A DNA stretch of 64,000 nt from NCBI GenBank assembly GCA_965246895.1, contig OZ251993.1, positions 718,436 through 782,435 on the forward strand, read 5' to 3'. The DNA is from Alphaproteobacteria bacterium (GTDB lineage Bacteria > Pseudomonadota > Alphaproteobacteria > JAIXQD01). The notes beneath the pieces are model-generated. The model made no database searches. It worked only from the letters and a program-made list of their open reading frames with translations, and was not told where the DNA came from. Numbering within the stretch: position 1 is the first letter of the stretch; every line of letters begins with the position of its first letter. The position numbers were made by a program, and so were the translations under genes. Shown here in pieces: positions 39,046-47,252 of the stretch.

Positions 39046-39624
39046 ATGAACCAATCGATTTCCAAGCTGCTCCGTACGTCTGTTATTGCCGCTACGCTGA
39101 TCGTCGGCGCCGCTAGCGTTCATGCTGAAGTTTACACCGGCGATACCGGCCATTATTTGCAAGCGCCGCAAGGCTACCAAGCGCAAGCTTCAGCTCAGGG
39201 CTTTAACGGCCAAGGGATGGGCCGTGGTCAACTGATGCAGCAACAAGCGCAAATGCCGGTTGTGCAGCCACAAGCCATGGCCACGACGACAGTGTCGCCG
39301 CGCATGCTGCCACAAGGTGCTGTACTGCAACCGCAGGCCGCTGCCGTGCAAATACCTGTGGTTCAATCAGCTGCTCAACCAGCTGCACCGCTAACTGTAA
39401 TGACGACAACCCAACCTATGGCGACGCCAGTCGCTTACAACAAGGCAGTCGTGGGCGTGCCATCGGCACAAGCACTGGCCGCTATGGAACCAGCGGCCGG
39501 TAACGCTTCGCTTGACGCTGGCACGAATGTACTGCTGTCTCCAAGCTGCGGCTCGCCTGGCAACCATCGCCAGCACAAGGGCATTAACACTTCAACAACT
39601 GTCGGCAACGATTGCTTTAACTAA
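39046..39624 (+). CDS. Secreted Gln/Ala/Pro-rich low-complexity protein
   Basis: 192 aa. The signal peptide is MNQSISKLLRTSVIAATLIVGAASVHA-EV. The mature part is rich in Q, A, P and M (QQQAQMPVVQPQAMATT...). A terminator follows. Confidence 0.55.
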   Translation: MNQSISKLLRTSVIAATLIVGAASVHAEVYTGDTGHYLQAPQGYQAQASAQGFNGQGMGRGQLMQQQAQMPVVQPQAMATTTVSPRMLPQGAVLQPQAAAVQIPVVQSAAQPAAPLTVMTTTQPMATPVAYNKAVVGVPSAQALAAMEPAAGNASLDAGTNVLLSPSCGSPGNHRQHKGINTSTTVGNDCFN

Positions 39625-39646
39625 GTCGTAAATCGTTTATTTATCG

Positions 39647-39688
39647 CGGGCTGCCCCAAGAATACCTTGGTGCGGCCCGTTTTTTTTC
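39647..39688 (+). terminator. Rho-independent terminator
   Basis: CGGGCTGCCCCAAG-aatac-CTTGGTGCGGCCCG followed by tttttttt. Confidence 0.8.
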
Positions 39689-39754
39689 CTAATTGACGCT
39701 TAACGTTATCCTGTTCACGGTCACTCCGTTAACGCAACTAACAGGAGAACAATA

Positions 39755-40300
39755 ATGAAAAGTGTTACCAAAATTGCAGCCATGGCCCTGATGCTTGGCG
39801 TTGCCAGCCCCGCATTCGCAACCATGAACACGCCAACCGATGCGAATGCAACTGACACTAACCCGATGATCAATCAAAAAGATACGATCAAAGGCGACAC
39901 AGCGCCACATGCCAATGCGCCAGCTTCGGTTGAAGCCAAAAGCCCAATGGGCGGTGCAATGTCCAACATGACACCAGAACAACGCATGCAAATGCGTGCT
40001 GCGCACGAAGAGCGCATGAAGTCCATGACACCAGAGCAAAAAGCGCAAATGCAGAAGATGCATGAAGCGCGCATGGAAAAAATGAAGAACATGACGCCGG
40101 AGCAGCGTGAAGCAGCCCATAAGAAGTGGGAAGCCAAGCGTGCTGAATATGAAAAAATGACGCCAGAACAACGCGAAGCTGCCAAGGCTAAGTGGGAAGC
40201 TAACAAGTCTGGTCACAAGGATCTGAACAAGGAAGATCGCCAAACCAATATCAATGGCGGTGTCGGTTCGGCAGTTGAGCCAGCCCCAGCAGTTCAATAA
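39755..40300 (+). CDS. Periplasmic protein with four tandem MTPEQ repeats (CpxP/Spy LTxxQ-like), Met/His-rich
   Basis: 181 aa with an AGGAGA RBS. The signal peptide is MKSVTKIAAMALMLGVASPAFA. The four repeats are MTPEQRMQMRAAHEERMKS, MTPEQKAQMQKMHEARMEKMKN, MTPEQREAAHKKWEAKRAEYEK and MTPEQREAAKAKWEANK. Confidence 0.6.
   Translation: MKSVTKIAAMALMLGVASPAFATMNTPTDANATDTNPMINQKDTIKGDTAPHANAPASVEAKSPMGGAMSNMTPEQRMQMRAAHEERMKSMTPEQKAQMQKMHEARMEKMKNMTPEQREAAHKKWEAKRAEYEKMTPEQREAAKAKWEANKSGHKDLNKEDRQTNINGGVGSAVEPAPAVQ
39968..40204 (+). repeat. Four tandem in-frame repeats of about 60-66 nt encoding the MTPEQ units
   Basis: ATGAC(A/G)CC(A/G)GA(A/G)CA(A/G) recurs at protein positions 72, 91, 113 and 135 of ORF 39755..40300. 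Confidence 0.8.
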
Positions 40301-40320
40301 TCTAGTCAAATAAAGTCATG

Positions 40321-40347
40321 AACGGCCGGGGCGACCCGGTCGTTTTT
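40321..40347 (+). terminator. Rho-independent terminator
   Basis: AACGGCCGGG-gcga-CCCGGTCGTT followed by ttt. Confidence 0.7.
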
Positions 40348-40385
40348 CTATGGGCGGGGCATTTTGGCTGTGCCATCCTGGCTGC

Positions 40386-40922
40386 ATGAAATATCTCGTT
40401 ATCCTGTTCTTTGCAGCGCTGACTGCGCCAGCATGCGCCGCTGATATGCCGCAGCCGAAGGCGCCTGTAATTGTACAGCCGAAAGCGCCCGCAGTCGAAG
40501 CGCCTAGCATCGCTATTCCTGCGCCAGCGCCGACTGCGGTAAATGCCAAGCCTGGTAAGCTGACACCGGCGCAGCAATTGCGCGTTACCATGCGCTTGCC
40601 GCAGGTAAAGAAAGCGATTGCTGATCTTACGGTTGACGAGCAACGGTCAGTCTTGAAACGCGCCGCGCCGCCACGCGCAAAACTGACCGATGCCGAACGG
40701 GAAGCGCGGGCCAAGGCCATGCGTGATTCTTGGGCCGCCAAGACACCGACGATGCGCACTGAACTGCGGCAGAAGCAGCTGACCGCTTGGCAGAAGCTAT
40801 CACCCGCTGATCGGGCTTATCGAAAAGAAAGAATGCAGGAGCAGCTGAAGGCATTGCCGGAAGACGACCGCAAGGCGATTATCGCACCGTTTGTCGTATC
40901 GAACGAAGCGAAGGCACCTTAG
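40386..40922 (+). CDS. Secreted protein with LTPAQ/LTDAE/LSPAD helical repeats
   Basis: Track ORF 40350..40922, trimmed to Met13, giving the signal peptide MKYLVILFFAALTAPACA-AD. A Pro/Ala-rich linker follows, then LTPAQQLRV, LTDAEREARAKAMRDSW and LSPADRAYRKERMQEQL. Confidence 0.55.
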   Translation: MKYLVILFFAALTAPACAADMPQPKAPVIVQPKAPAVEAPSIAIPAPAPTAVNAKPGKLTPAQQLRVTMRLPQVKKAIADLTVDEQRSVLKRAAPPRAKLTDAEREARAKAMRDSWAAKTPTMRTELRQKQLTAWQKLSPADRAYRKERMQEQLKALPEDDRKAIIAPFVVSNEAKAP

Positions 40923-41065
40923 CGCGGTGCGGGGGCGCCGTATTTAGCCTGTAAAACTGCGCGACGTGCGATATCGGCACGTACGGCCATGCCACCAATT
41001 TTGTGTTCCATTTGCTTGGCGGTTGCCAGCCTTTCGCGATCCTCGCGGGAAAGAATATGAGTCAT
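40919..41065 (-). CDS. Small hypothetical protein (48 aa), below the ORF-track size cut-off
   Basis: Hand translation gives MTHILSREDRERLATAKQMEHKIGGMAVRADIARRAVLQAKYGAPAPR. GGAGG lies 5 nt upstream of the ATG. It sits 46 nt downstream of mug on the same strand. Confidence 0.35.
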   Translation of the reverse strand: MTHILSREDRERLATAKQMEHKIGGMAVRADIARRAVLQAKYGAPAPR

Positions 41066-41111
41066 GTCTGCCTCCATCGCTTTTAATCATATTCAGTATA
41101 AGCCGCAAAAA

Positions 41112-41630
41112 TTACCGCTCTCTTAAAAAGCTGGCTAGGGTCTGCCACGGCTCCACAGTCCAATGGTTGGTCGCCAGGCCGGAGGTAGAGGGCAGGGCAA
41201 AGACTTGCGTTTTGCCGATTGTATCTGGCTGCAAACCCGGTCGTAGCTTGGTATTTAGAAAGTACCATTTCGCGCCTTGTAGGCTCGTAAAAGCGAGCAC
41301 GCGCGGTTGATATTGCAAAATCTTTTGCTGCAATGCAGCGCGATCAAGATGCTCATGCGGCAAGTCTTTATCTTGCCCGAAGTTGACTTTGCAGAGATCG
41401 GTTAAGCCGATGCCATATCCAAGCAACTGCAAATAGTCGGCCGGGGCCAACTGCTGTGGCGTCAATCCGATCTCATGCAGCACGCGCCAGAACTTGTTGC
41501 CCGGCTTTGCGTAATAGGCAGACGCGCGGGCGCTAGCCACGCCTGGCGCCGTGCCACAGAATACCACATCCAGCCCCGGCCTTAGTACGTCCGGCAATAT
41601 GTAGGGGGTGGCTTCAGGCAGCACTTGCAT
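41112..41630 (-). CDS. mug: G/U mismatch-specific (Mug/family-2 type) uracil-DNA glycosylase
   Basis: Track ORF 41112..41780, trimmed to Met51 (MQVLPEATPYILPDVL). Contains LDVVFCGTAPGVASARASAYYAKPGNKFWRVL and FALPSTSGLA, the family pattern (GxxPG..S....yY..p.N.FW ... lPstSg). Confidence 0.8.
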   Translation of the reverse strand: MQVLPEATPYILPDVLRPGLDVVFCGTAPGVASARASAYYAKPGNKFWRVLHEIGLTPQQLAPADYLQLLGYGIGLTDLCKVNFGQDKDLPHEHLDRAALQQKILQYQPRVLAFTSLQGAKWYFLNTKLRPGLQPDTIGKTQVFALPSTSGLATNHWTVEPWQTLASFLRER

Positions 41631-41696
41631 CGCCTGATTATGCTGACCTATGGTGCGGCATTCCACAGTTATAATCGCTAAACTTACGGAGATTCC

Positions 41697-41984
41697 ATGG
41701 CCACTGCCGCTGCAAAGAAGCATGATGAGAATATCGAAGAACCAGGCACCGGTACGGTTGCTGGCAAACGTTTGAAACAATATATCGAGCGTATCGAGCG
41801 ACTTGAAGAAGAGAAAAAAGCCCTCAGCGCCGATATGCGCGATATCTTCACCGAAGCGAAGTCGAGCGGCTTCGATGTCAAAACCATGCGTCAGGTCTTG
41901 AAACTTCGTAAGCTGGCGGATCAGGAACGCCGCGAGCTGGATGAGCTGCTTAACCTCTATATGGCTGCCATCGGCATGGATTGA
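41697..41984 (+). CDS. gapR: GapR-like nucleoid-associated protein (DUF2312/UPF0335)
   Basis: 95 aa. LKQYIERIERLEEEKKALSADMRDIFTEAKSSGFDVKTMRQVLKLRKLADQERRELDELLNLYMAAIGM is a near-textbook match to the Caulobacter GapR core. Confidence 0.85.
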   Translation: MATAAAKKHDENIEEPGTGTVAGKRLKQYIERIERLEEEKKALSADMRDIFTEAKSSGFDVKTMRQVLKLRKLADQERRELDELLNLYMAAIGMD

Positions 41985-43030
41985 TGAGCGACAGCTTCCT
42001 CACCAATCTCTGGTACCACGGGCTGCCGTCGGCGCAACTGGCCCAGGGTGCCATGCAACGCGTCATGCTGCTGGGTGAGCCGATCCTGTTTCTGCGGGAT
42101 GCCAATGGTGTCGTTACCGCCATGCGCGATATCTGCCCGCATCGCGCGATTCCGCTTTCATGCGGCACCTTCGATGGCCGTGAAGTTGAATGCTGTTATC
42201 ACGGCTGGAAGTTCGATACCGCTGGTAATTGCACGGAGATCCCGGCGCTGGTCGGCGGTGAAAAGATCAACGTCGAGAAAATCCGTGTCCGCAGCTTTCC
42301 GATAGTAGAGCGGCAAGGGCAGATCTGGATATTCTGGGCCAACGATCAACAAGCTGCGGAAGCGGCAAACGTAAATAATGTGCCGACCCTGCCGGGCCTG
42401 CCCACTAACGCCGCGCCGCGCGTGACGATTGAAGATACATTTCCATGCCATATCGATCACGCCGTCGTCGGGCTGATGGATCCGGCGCACGGGCCATTTG
42501 TGCATCAATCCTGGTGGTGGCGAAAGCGCAGCTCGATGCACGAAAAAGCCAAAGCGTTCGGCCCAACGCTGCTCGGCTTTGCCATGCTGCGGCATCGGCC
42601 GTCAAAGAACTCTGCTGCCTATAAAATGCTGGGCGGCGCACCGGAAACCGAGATTCGCTTTCAGCTGCCAGGTATCCGGGTTGAGCATATTGCGGTTGGC
42701 AAGCATAATGTGGTCAACCTCACCTGCGTGACGCCGATCGGCGAAACCGAAACCCGTATCACGAATTGCATCTATTGGACGCAGCCGTGGTTGGCGTTTA
42801 TAGCGCCGATCGTCAAGCTGCTAGCAAAGCAGTTCCTGGGGCAGGACCGCGATGTGGTGGTTAAGCAGCAGGAAGGCTTACGGTACGAGCGCAACCTCCT
42901 CCTGATCCGCGATGCCGATACGCAGGCCCGCTGGTATTATCAATGCAAGGCCGAATGGCAGCGCGCGCAGGAGGAAGGCCGCGCCTTCATCAATCCGGTA
43001 AAAGAGACCACGCTAAGGTGGAAAAGCTAA
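41984..43030 (+). CDS. Rieske [2Fe-2S] non-heme iron oxygenase (PaO/Tic55/VanA-like)
   Basis: The ATG overlaps the gapR stop (TTGATGA). The Rieske motif is CPHRAIPLSCG...CCYHGWKF. The mononuclear iron motif is D-x2-H-x4-H in GLMDPAHGPFVH. Confidence 0.85.
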   Translation: MSDSFLTNLWYHGLPSAQLAQGAMQRVMLLGEPILFLRDANGVVTAMRDICPHRAIPLSCGTFDGREVECCYHGWKFDTAGNCTEIPALVGGEKINVEKIRVRSFPIVERQGQIWIFWANDQQAAEAANVNNVPTLPGLPTNAAPRVTIEDTFPCHIDHAVVGLMDPAHGPFVHQSWWWRKRSSMHEKAKAFGPTLLGFAMLRHRPSKNSAAYKMLGGAPETEIRFQLPGIRVEHIAVGKHNVVNLTCVTPIGETETRITNCIYWTQPWLAFIAPIVKLLAKQFLGQDRDVVVKQQEGLRYERNLLLIRDADTQARWYYQCKAEWQRAQEEGRAFINPVKETTLRWKS

Positions 43031-43054
43031 CTCGCAGCGCCTATAACCGGGATT

Positions 43055-44419
43055 ATGCCGTCTAAGAAAACCACCAAAACTGAACAGCCGCTGAAAGAGG
43101 GTGGCGTTGCCACGAAGCTGAAGCGCTATGCCAAGGTCGGCGGGGCGGCAGCGAAGCTGGGTGGCAAGATGGCCGGGCGGAAACTGACAGGTCGCGCCCC
43201 CGATCATGCTGGCAATGCCGCCGATCTTCGCATGGCGCTGGGCGGCCTCAAGGGCCCGCTGATGAAGGTGGCACAAATCCTCTCAACCATTCCCGATGCT
43301 TTGCCAAAGGAATATGTGGCCGAGCTGGCGACACTGCAGGCCGATGCGCCGCCAATGGGCTGGCAATTCGTTAAGCGCCGCATGGCCGCCGAACTGGGGC
43401 CAGATTGGGAAGCACGGTTCAAGGATTTCTCGCACGAGGCCGTGGCCGCGGCCAGCCTTGGGCAGGTGCATAAAGCCGTGTCGCAAAAAGGCGCGGCCCT
43501 GGCCTGCAAGCTGCAATATCCCGATATGGCGGCGGCAGTGGGGGCCGACCTCACGCAGCTGAAACTGCTATTCGCCGTGTTCGAGCGCTATGACCGTGCA
43601 GTCGACACCAAACTGATTCAGCAGGAACTGGCCGAAAGGCTGGGCGAGGAATTGGATTACACGCGTGAGGCAAAACACATCGCACTTTATCAAAACATGC
43701 TGCACGGCCAAAAAGATATCACCGTGCCGCGCGTGCATGCGGAACTGTCGACGGCACGCCTGCTGACGATGGATTGGCTAGAGGGCGCGCGCCTGCCGAC
43801 GCTTGCCGATAAGTCGCAAGCTGATCGCAACCGCGTCGCGCTGACCATGTTCGATGCCTGGTATATTCCGTTTTATAACTACGGTGTGATCCATGGCGAT
43901 CCGCATCTAGGCAATTATACGTTCAAAGACGATCTGTCGCTGAACCTGCTCGATTACGGCTGTGTGCGGATTTTCAAACCGCAGTTGGTAGCGGGCGTCA
44001 TCAAGCTGTATCGCGCCTTGCTCACAAATGATGAAGCGCTGGCAATTGAGGCTTACAAGGCGTGGGGCTTTACCAAGCCGACGAAACAGTTGGTCGAGAT
44101 CCTGAATATCTGGGCACGCTTCATCTATGCGCCGCTGCTTGACGATCGCGCCCGCGGGATCGAGGAAACCAACACGGGCCAATACGGCCGTGAAACGGCG
44201 AATAAAGTGCATGCTGAATTACGCAAGCTTGGCGTGCTGACCATTCCGCGCGAATTCGTCTTCATGGATCGGGCGGCGATCGGTCTCGGCTCCGTCTTTC
44301 TGCGCCTGAACGCCAAGGTCAATTGGTACAAGCAATTTAACCAGCTGATCGAGGGCTTTGACGAGGTAAAGCTGGCAGAACGACAGGTGGGGGCGCTGCG
44401 TAAAGCGGGTCTCGATTGA
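43055..44419 (+). CDS. ABC1/UbiB-family atypical protein kinase
   Basis: 454 aa. Contains LKGPLMKVAQILSTIPDALPKEYVAELATLQADAPPM, AAASLGQVHKA and VIHGDPHLGNY. Confidence 0.85.
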   Translation: MPSKKTTKTEQPLKEGGVATKLKRYAKVGGAAAKLGGKMAGRKLTGRAPDHAGNAADLRMALGGLKGPLMKVAQILSTIPDALPKEYVAELATLQADAPPMGWQFVKRRMAAELGPDWEARFKDFSHEAVAAASLGQVHKAVSQKGAALACKLQYPDMAAAVGADLTQLKLLFAVFERYDRAVDTKLIQQELAERLGEELDYTREAKHIALYQNMLHGQKDITVPRVHAELSTARLLTMDWLEGARLPTLADKSQADRNRVALTMFDAWYIPFYNYGVIHGDPHLGNYTFKDDLSLNLLDYGCVRIFKPQLVAGVIKLYRALLTNDEALAIEAYKAWGFTKPTKQLVEILNIWARFIYAPLLDDRARGIEETNTGQYGRETANKVHAELRKLGVLTIPREFVFMDRAAIGLGSVFLRLNAKVNWYKQFNQLIEGFDEVKLAERQVGALRKAGLD

Positions 44420-44468
44420 AAGTAACTAAAGGCTTGTTTTAGAGGCCGCCGAGCGCCATTTTAGCCGC

Positions 44469-45434
44469 ATGAATTCATTCCTTGATATAACTGGGCAGCC
44501 CGCCATCAAGCCGGAACCTGTCGTTTCTGCCGATGGCTTGATCCGCGACGGCAGCAGTGCCAGTTTCATGGCTGACGTCATCGAAGCTTCACTGCAGGTG
44601 CCGGTGCTTGTCGATTTCTGGGCGACCTGGTGCGGGCCGTGCACGCAGCTGACGCCACTGTTGGAAAAAGTCGTCATCGCGCAAAACGGTAAAATTAAAC
44701 TCGTCAAAATCGACGTCGACCAAAATCAGGATTTAGCAACGCAATTGCGCATCCAGTCAATGCCAACCGTTTATGCGTTTTTCCAAGGACAGCCAGTCGA
44801 CGCGTTCCAAGGCATGCTGCCGGAAAGCCAGCTGAATGCTTTTATAGAGCGGTTACTGAAAACGACGGGCGCAGTTGGCGGCGTTGCGGAGGGCGACGAT
44901 GCTGGCGCTGCCTTCGCACAGGCGGGGGAGGCTTTTGCTAAAGGCTATCATGAATTGGCAGCACAGCTTTACCACGAAGTGCTGATGCTAGAGACCGGGC
45001 ACACGGGTGCGCTGATCGGGCTGGTGCGCGTGCAGCTGGCGACGGGCGATGTCGCGGGCGCACGTTTGTCACTCGGCACGCTGCCCGATGCCGCGAAAAC
45101 AGATAAGGCCTGTGAAAAAGAGTTCGCGGCGCTAACAGCCGCGCTCGATCTGGCCACTAAGGCCGAAGCCGCCGGGCCGCTTGGGGATTTGGAAGCCAAG
45201 GTCGCGGTCAGTCCTGCAGACCATCAGGCGCGTTATGATTTAGCTGTAGCGCTATACGCTGCCGGGCGTACGGAACAGGCTGCCGATGAATTGCTTAAAA
45301 TTCTTGCCGCTGACCGCGCCTGGAATGACGAAGCCGCCAAGAAACAGCTGCTGACCATGTTCGAAGCCTTAGGCAGCGCAGACGCTGTAGTGCGCACGGC
45401 ACGCCGGCGTCTCTCTAGTCTCTTATTCAGCTAG
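44469..45434 (+). CDS. Thioredoxin-domain/TPR co-chaperone (YbbN/CnoX-like)
   Basis: 321 aa. VLVDFWATWCGPCTQL is an intact WCGPC motif in a thioredoxin fold. A TPR-like helical C-terminal domain follows. Confidence 0.85.
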   Translation: MNSFLDITGQPAIKPEPVVSADGLIRDGSSASFMADVIEASLQVPVLVDFWATWCGPCTQLTPLLEKVVIAQNGKIKLVKIDVDQNQDLATQLRIQSMPTVYAFFQGQPVDAFQGMLPESQLNAFIERLLKTTGAVGGVAEGDDAGAAFAQAGEAFAKGYHELAAQLYHEVLMLETGHTGALIGLVRVQLATGDVAGARLSLGTLPDAAKTDKACEKEFAALTAALDLATKAEAAGPLGDLEAKVAVSPADHQARYDLAVALYAAGRTEQAADELLKILAADRAWNDEAAKKQLLTMFEALGSADAVVRTARRRLSSLLFS

Positions 45435-45441
45435 GTCTTTG

Positions 45442-46098
45442 ATGAAACCAGCCACCGAATTGCCGGCGACCCTGCCAATCTTCCCGCTAACAGGCGCAGT
45501 GCTGCTGCCGCGTGGGCGTTTGCCACTAAATATCTTCGAGCCGCGCTACCTGGCTTTGGTTGAGGATGCCTTTGCCGCCGGACGGTTGATCGGCATGATC
45601 CAACCGAAAGATGAAGCGGCCACGAGCGATACACCGCCGCTTTACGAAATGGGCTGTGCCGGGCGCATCGTCAGCTTCGCCGAGACTGATCCAACCATCA
45701 GTGGCGGGCGCATGCTGATCATGCTGCAAGGTGTCGCGCGTTTTAACGTGCTGTCAGAGATTCCCACCATGCGCGGCTATCGCCGTGTGCAGCCGTTGTG
45801 GATCGATGTCGACAATACCGAGGAAGAAGAGCCGCTGTCGCGGGCTGTGCGCGGTGCGCTTTTGGATGCAGTTAAGCCTTATTTCAAGCGGCATGCGCTT
45901 GCCGTGAATTGGGAGACGCTAGAGGAGGCTACGCCTGAGCGGCTGGTTGCCTCGCTCATCACCACCTGCCCATTTGAATCGCGCGAGAAGCAAGCGCTGT
46001 TAGAAGCGCCGACACTGGAGAGCCGTACCGAGTTGTTGCTGACACTCTTAAAAATGGCTGTGCAGGATCGCCATGCAGCAGAAGCGGTTTGCCACTAA
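45442..46098 (+). CDS. LON N-terminal (substrate-binding) domain protein
   Basis: The track ORF starts at a TTG at 45439; the ATG is at 45442. LPIFPLTGAVLLPRGRLPLNIFEPRYLALV is the typical LON-domain start. Confidence 0.8.
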   Translation: MKPATELPATLPIFPLTGAVLLPRGRLPLNIFEPRYLALVEDAFAAGRLIGMIQPKDEAATSDTPPLYEMGCAGRIVSFAETDPTISGGRMLIMLQGVARFNVLSEIPTMRGYRRVQPLWIDVDNTEEEEPLSRAVRGALLDAVKPYFKRHALAVNWETLEEATPERLVASLITTCPFESREKQALLEAPTLESRTELLLTLLKMAVQDRHAAEAVCH

Positions 46099-46923
46099 TC
46101 AGGTAGGCGCCGCATGCGTGGGCTGTAAGACCACAACCCAATTGTAATGCGGCCGGCTGCAATCGGTTGTTTGCCCGCCTAGGGGAATTCTGGGCGCCAG
46201 CGTGTCTTTCGCCGCGTGTAGCCGCAATTTTTCGAGTAAGCCGCGGTTTAGCCTGTAGTGTGGCTTAAATGGGTTGACCGCTCTGGCCACCAACTGCGCT
46301 TCTGTCACAATGGGCGCGCTCATGAATACAGCCTGCATCTGACTAGCAGCGCCAGTTTTTTTGTCTATCGTCTCGTTAAACCATTCCCGGCGATCTGTGC
46401 AGATGCTGTCATGGGGGATCGGCTGTACGGCAATGCGATTTTCTCCGAACTCTATAAATCCGAGGCCGCGCATGTGATCAATATTCTGCTGCTGCCATAT
46501 GCGCTTGATAGCGGCCCAATTCTGGCCAACCCATGTACCGGATCGGCCCAGCAACGGTAAACAACCGCGCGGTGTTCTTTGGCTAAGCTGATGTCTTTTT
46601 AACCTGCCATCGAGGGCATAGAGGCGCGGCAACACCATGCCAAGCATCACTGCTTCCAGCACGAATGACAGTTGCGGGCCACTCGTGGTGTAGCGGGTAA
46701 TGGCAATGGGGCGTTTATTATACTGATAGGCGCTGCAACTATCTATCTTGGGCCAGATCGTGGCCCATTCCTGTGCGACAAATATCCTGCGCTGATAAGA
46801 AGGGGCCAAATCCAGCCTATGCTTCAGCGAAATATTGGGCTGCCATACTTCTGCAAGGCAGACATTAGGCCAGCTAACAGGTTCATCAGCAATGACCGGT
46901 AAAGGTAATTCGAGAATGTCCAT
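46099..46923 (-). CDS. Hypothetical protein (orphan-like)
   Basis: 274-aa ORF, AT-richer than its flanks. Its stop codon abuts the stop of the convergent LON-domain gene with no spacer. No motif recognised. Confidence 0.45.
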   Translation of the reverse strand: MDILELPLPVIADEPVSWPNVCLAEVWQPNISLKHRLDLAPSYQRRIFVAQEWATIWPKIDSCSAYQYNKRPIAITRYTTSGPQLSFVLEAVMLGMVLPRLYALDGRLKRHQLSQRTPRGCLPLLGRSGTWVGQNWAAIKRIWQQQNIDHMRGLGFIEFGENRIAVQPIPHDSICTDRREWFNETIDKKTGAASQMQAVFMSAPIVTEAQLVARAVNPFKPHYRLNRGLLEKLRLHAAKDTLAPRIPLGGQTTDCSRPHYNWVVVLQPTHAAPT

Positions 46924-47001
46924 TATGCGTCGCTTCTATGATGACAAATATAGAGGCGCAGGATAGCCTTTCTAGCAAGCCTACACAATGAGGAGTTGCT
47001 A

Positions 47002-47247
47002 ATGAAAACCGCCATTAACCAATACGGATTAGCTGTAATCGCAGCCTTTGTTGGAGTCGCGCTCTGCTTATACTTGGTGCCGCAAACGGCCAATGCGCAG
47101 CGGGTCGGGCCATTTACGCTGGTTGCGCACGCAAATAACACTGCCAATGTCGGTATCTTCCGGGTCGATCAATCAAGCGGTGCTGTAAGTTTTTGCACGG
47201 TCGATGATCGCACGCTCGCCACGCATTGCGGCGCGGCTGCAGAGTAA
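47002..47247 (+). CDS. Small exported protein
   Basis: Track ORF 46996..47247. The ATG at 47002 is preceded by GAGGAG. The signal-like N-terminus is MKTAINQYGLAVIAAFVGVALCLYLVPQTANA-Q. The mature part is about 48 aa with two Cys. Confidence 0.5.
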   Translation: MKTAINQYGLAVIAAFVGVALCLYLVPQTANAQRVGPFTLVAHANNTANVGIFRVDQSSGAVSFCTVDDRTLATHCGAAAE

Positions 47248-47252
47248 GCACT

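Noticed and set aside
39689-40759. Reverse-strand ORFs 39689..40309 (206 aa) and 40316..40759 (147 aa), opposite the secreted repeat-protein genes.
   Set aside because: The plus-strand frames have RBSs, clean signal peptides, periodic repeats and terminators. The minus-strand products are Cys/His/Phe/Arg-rich mirror artefacts of the repeats.
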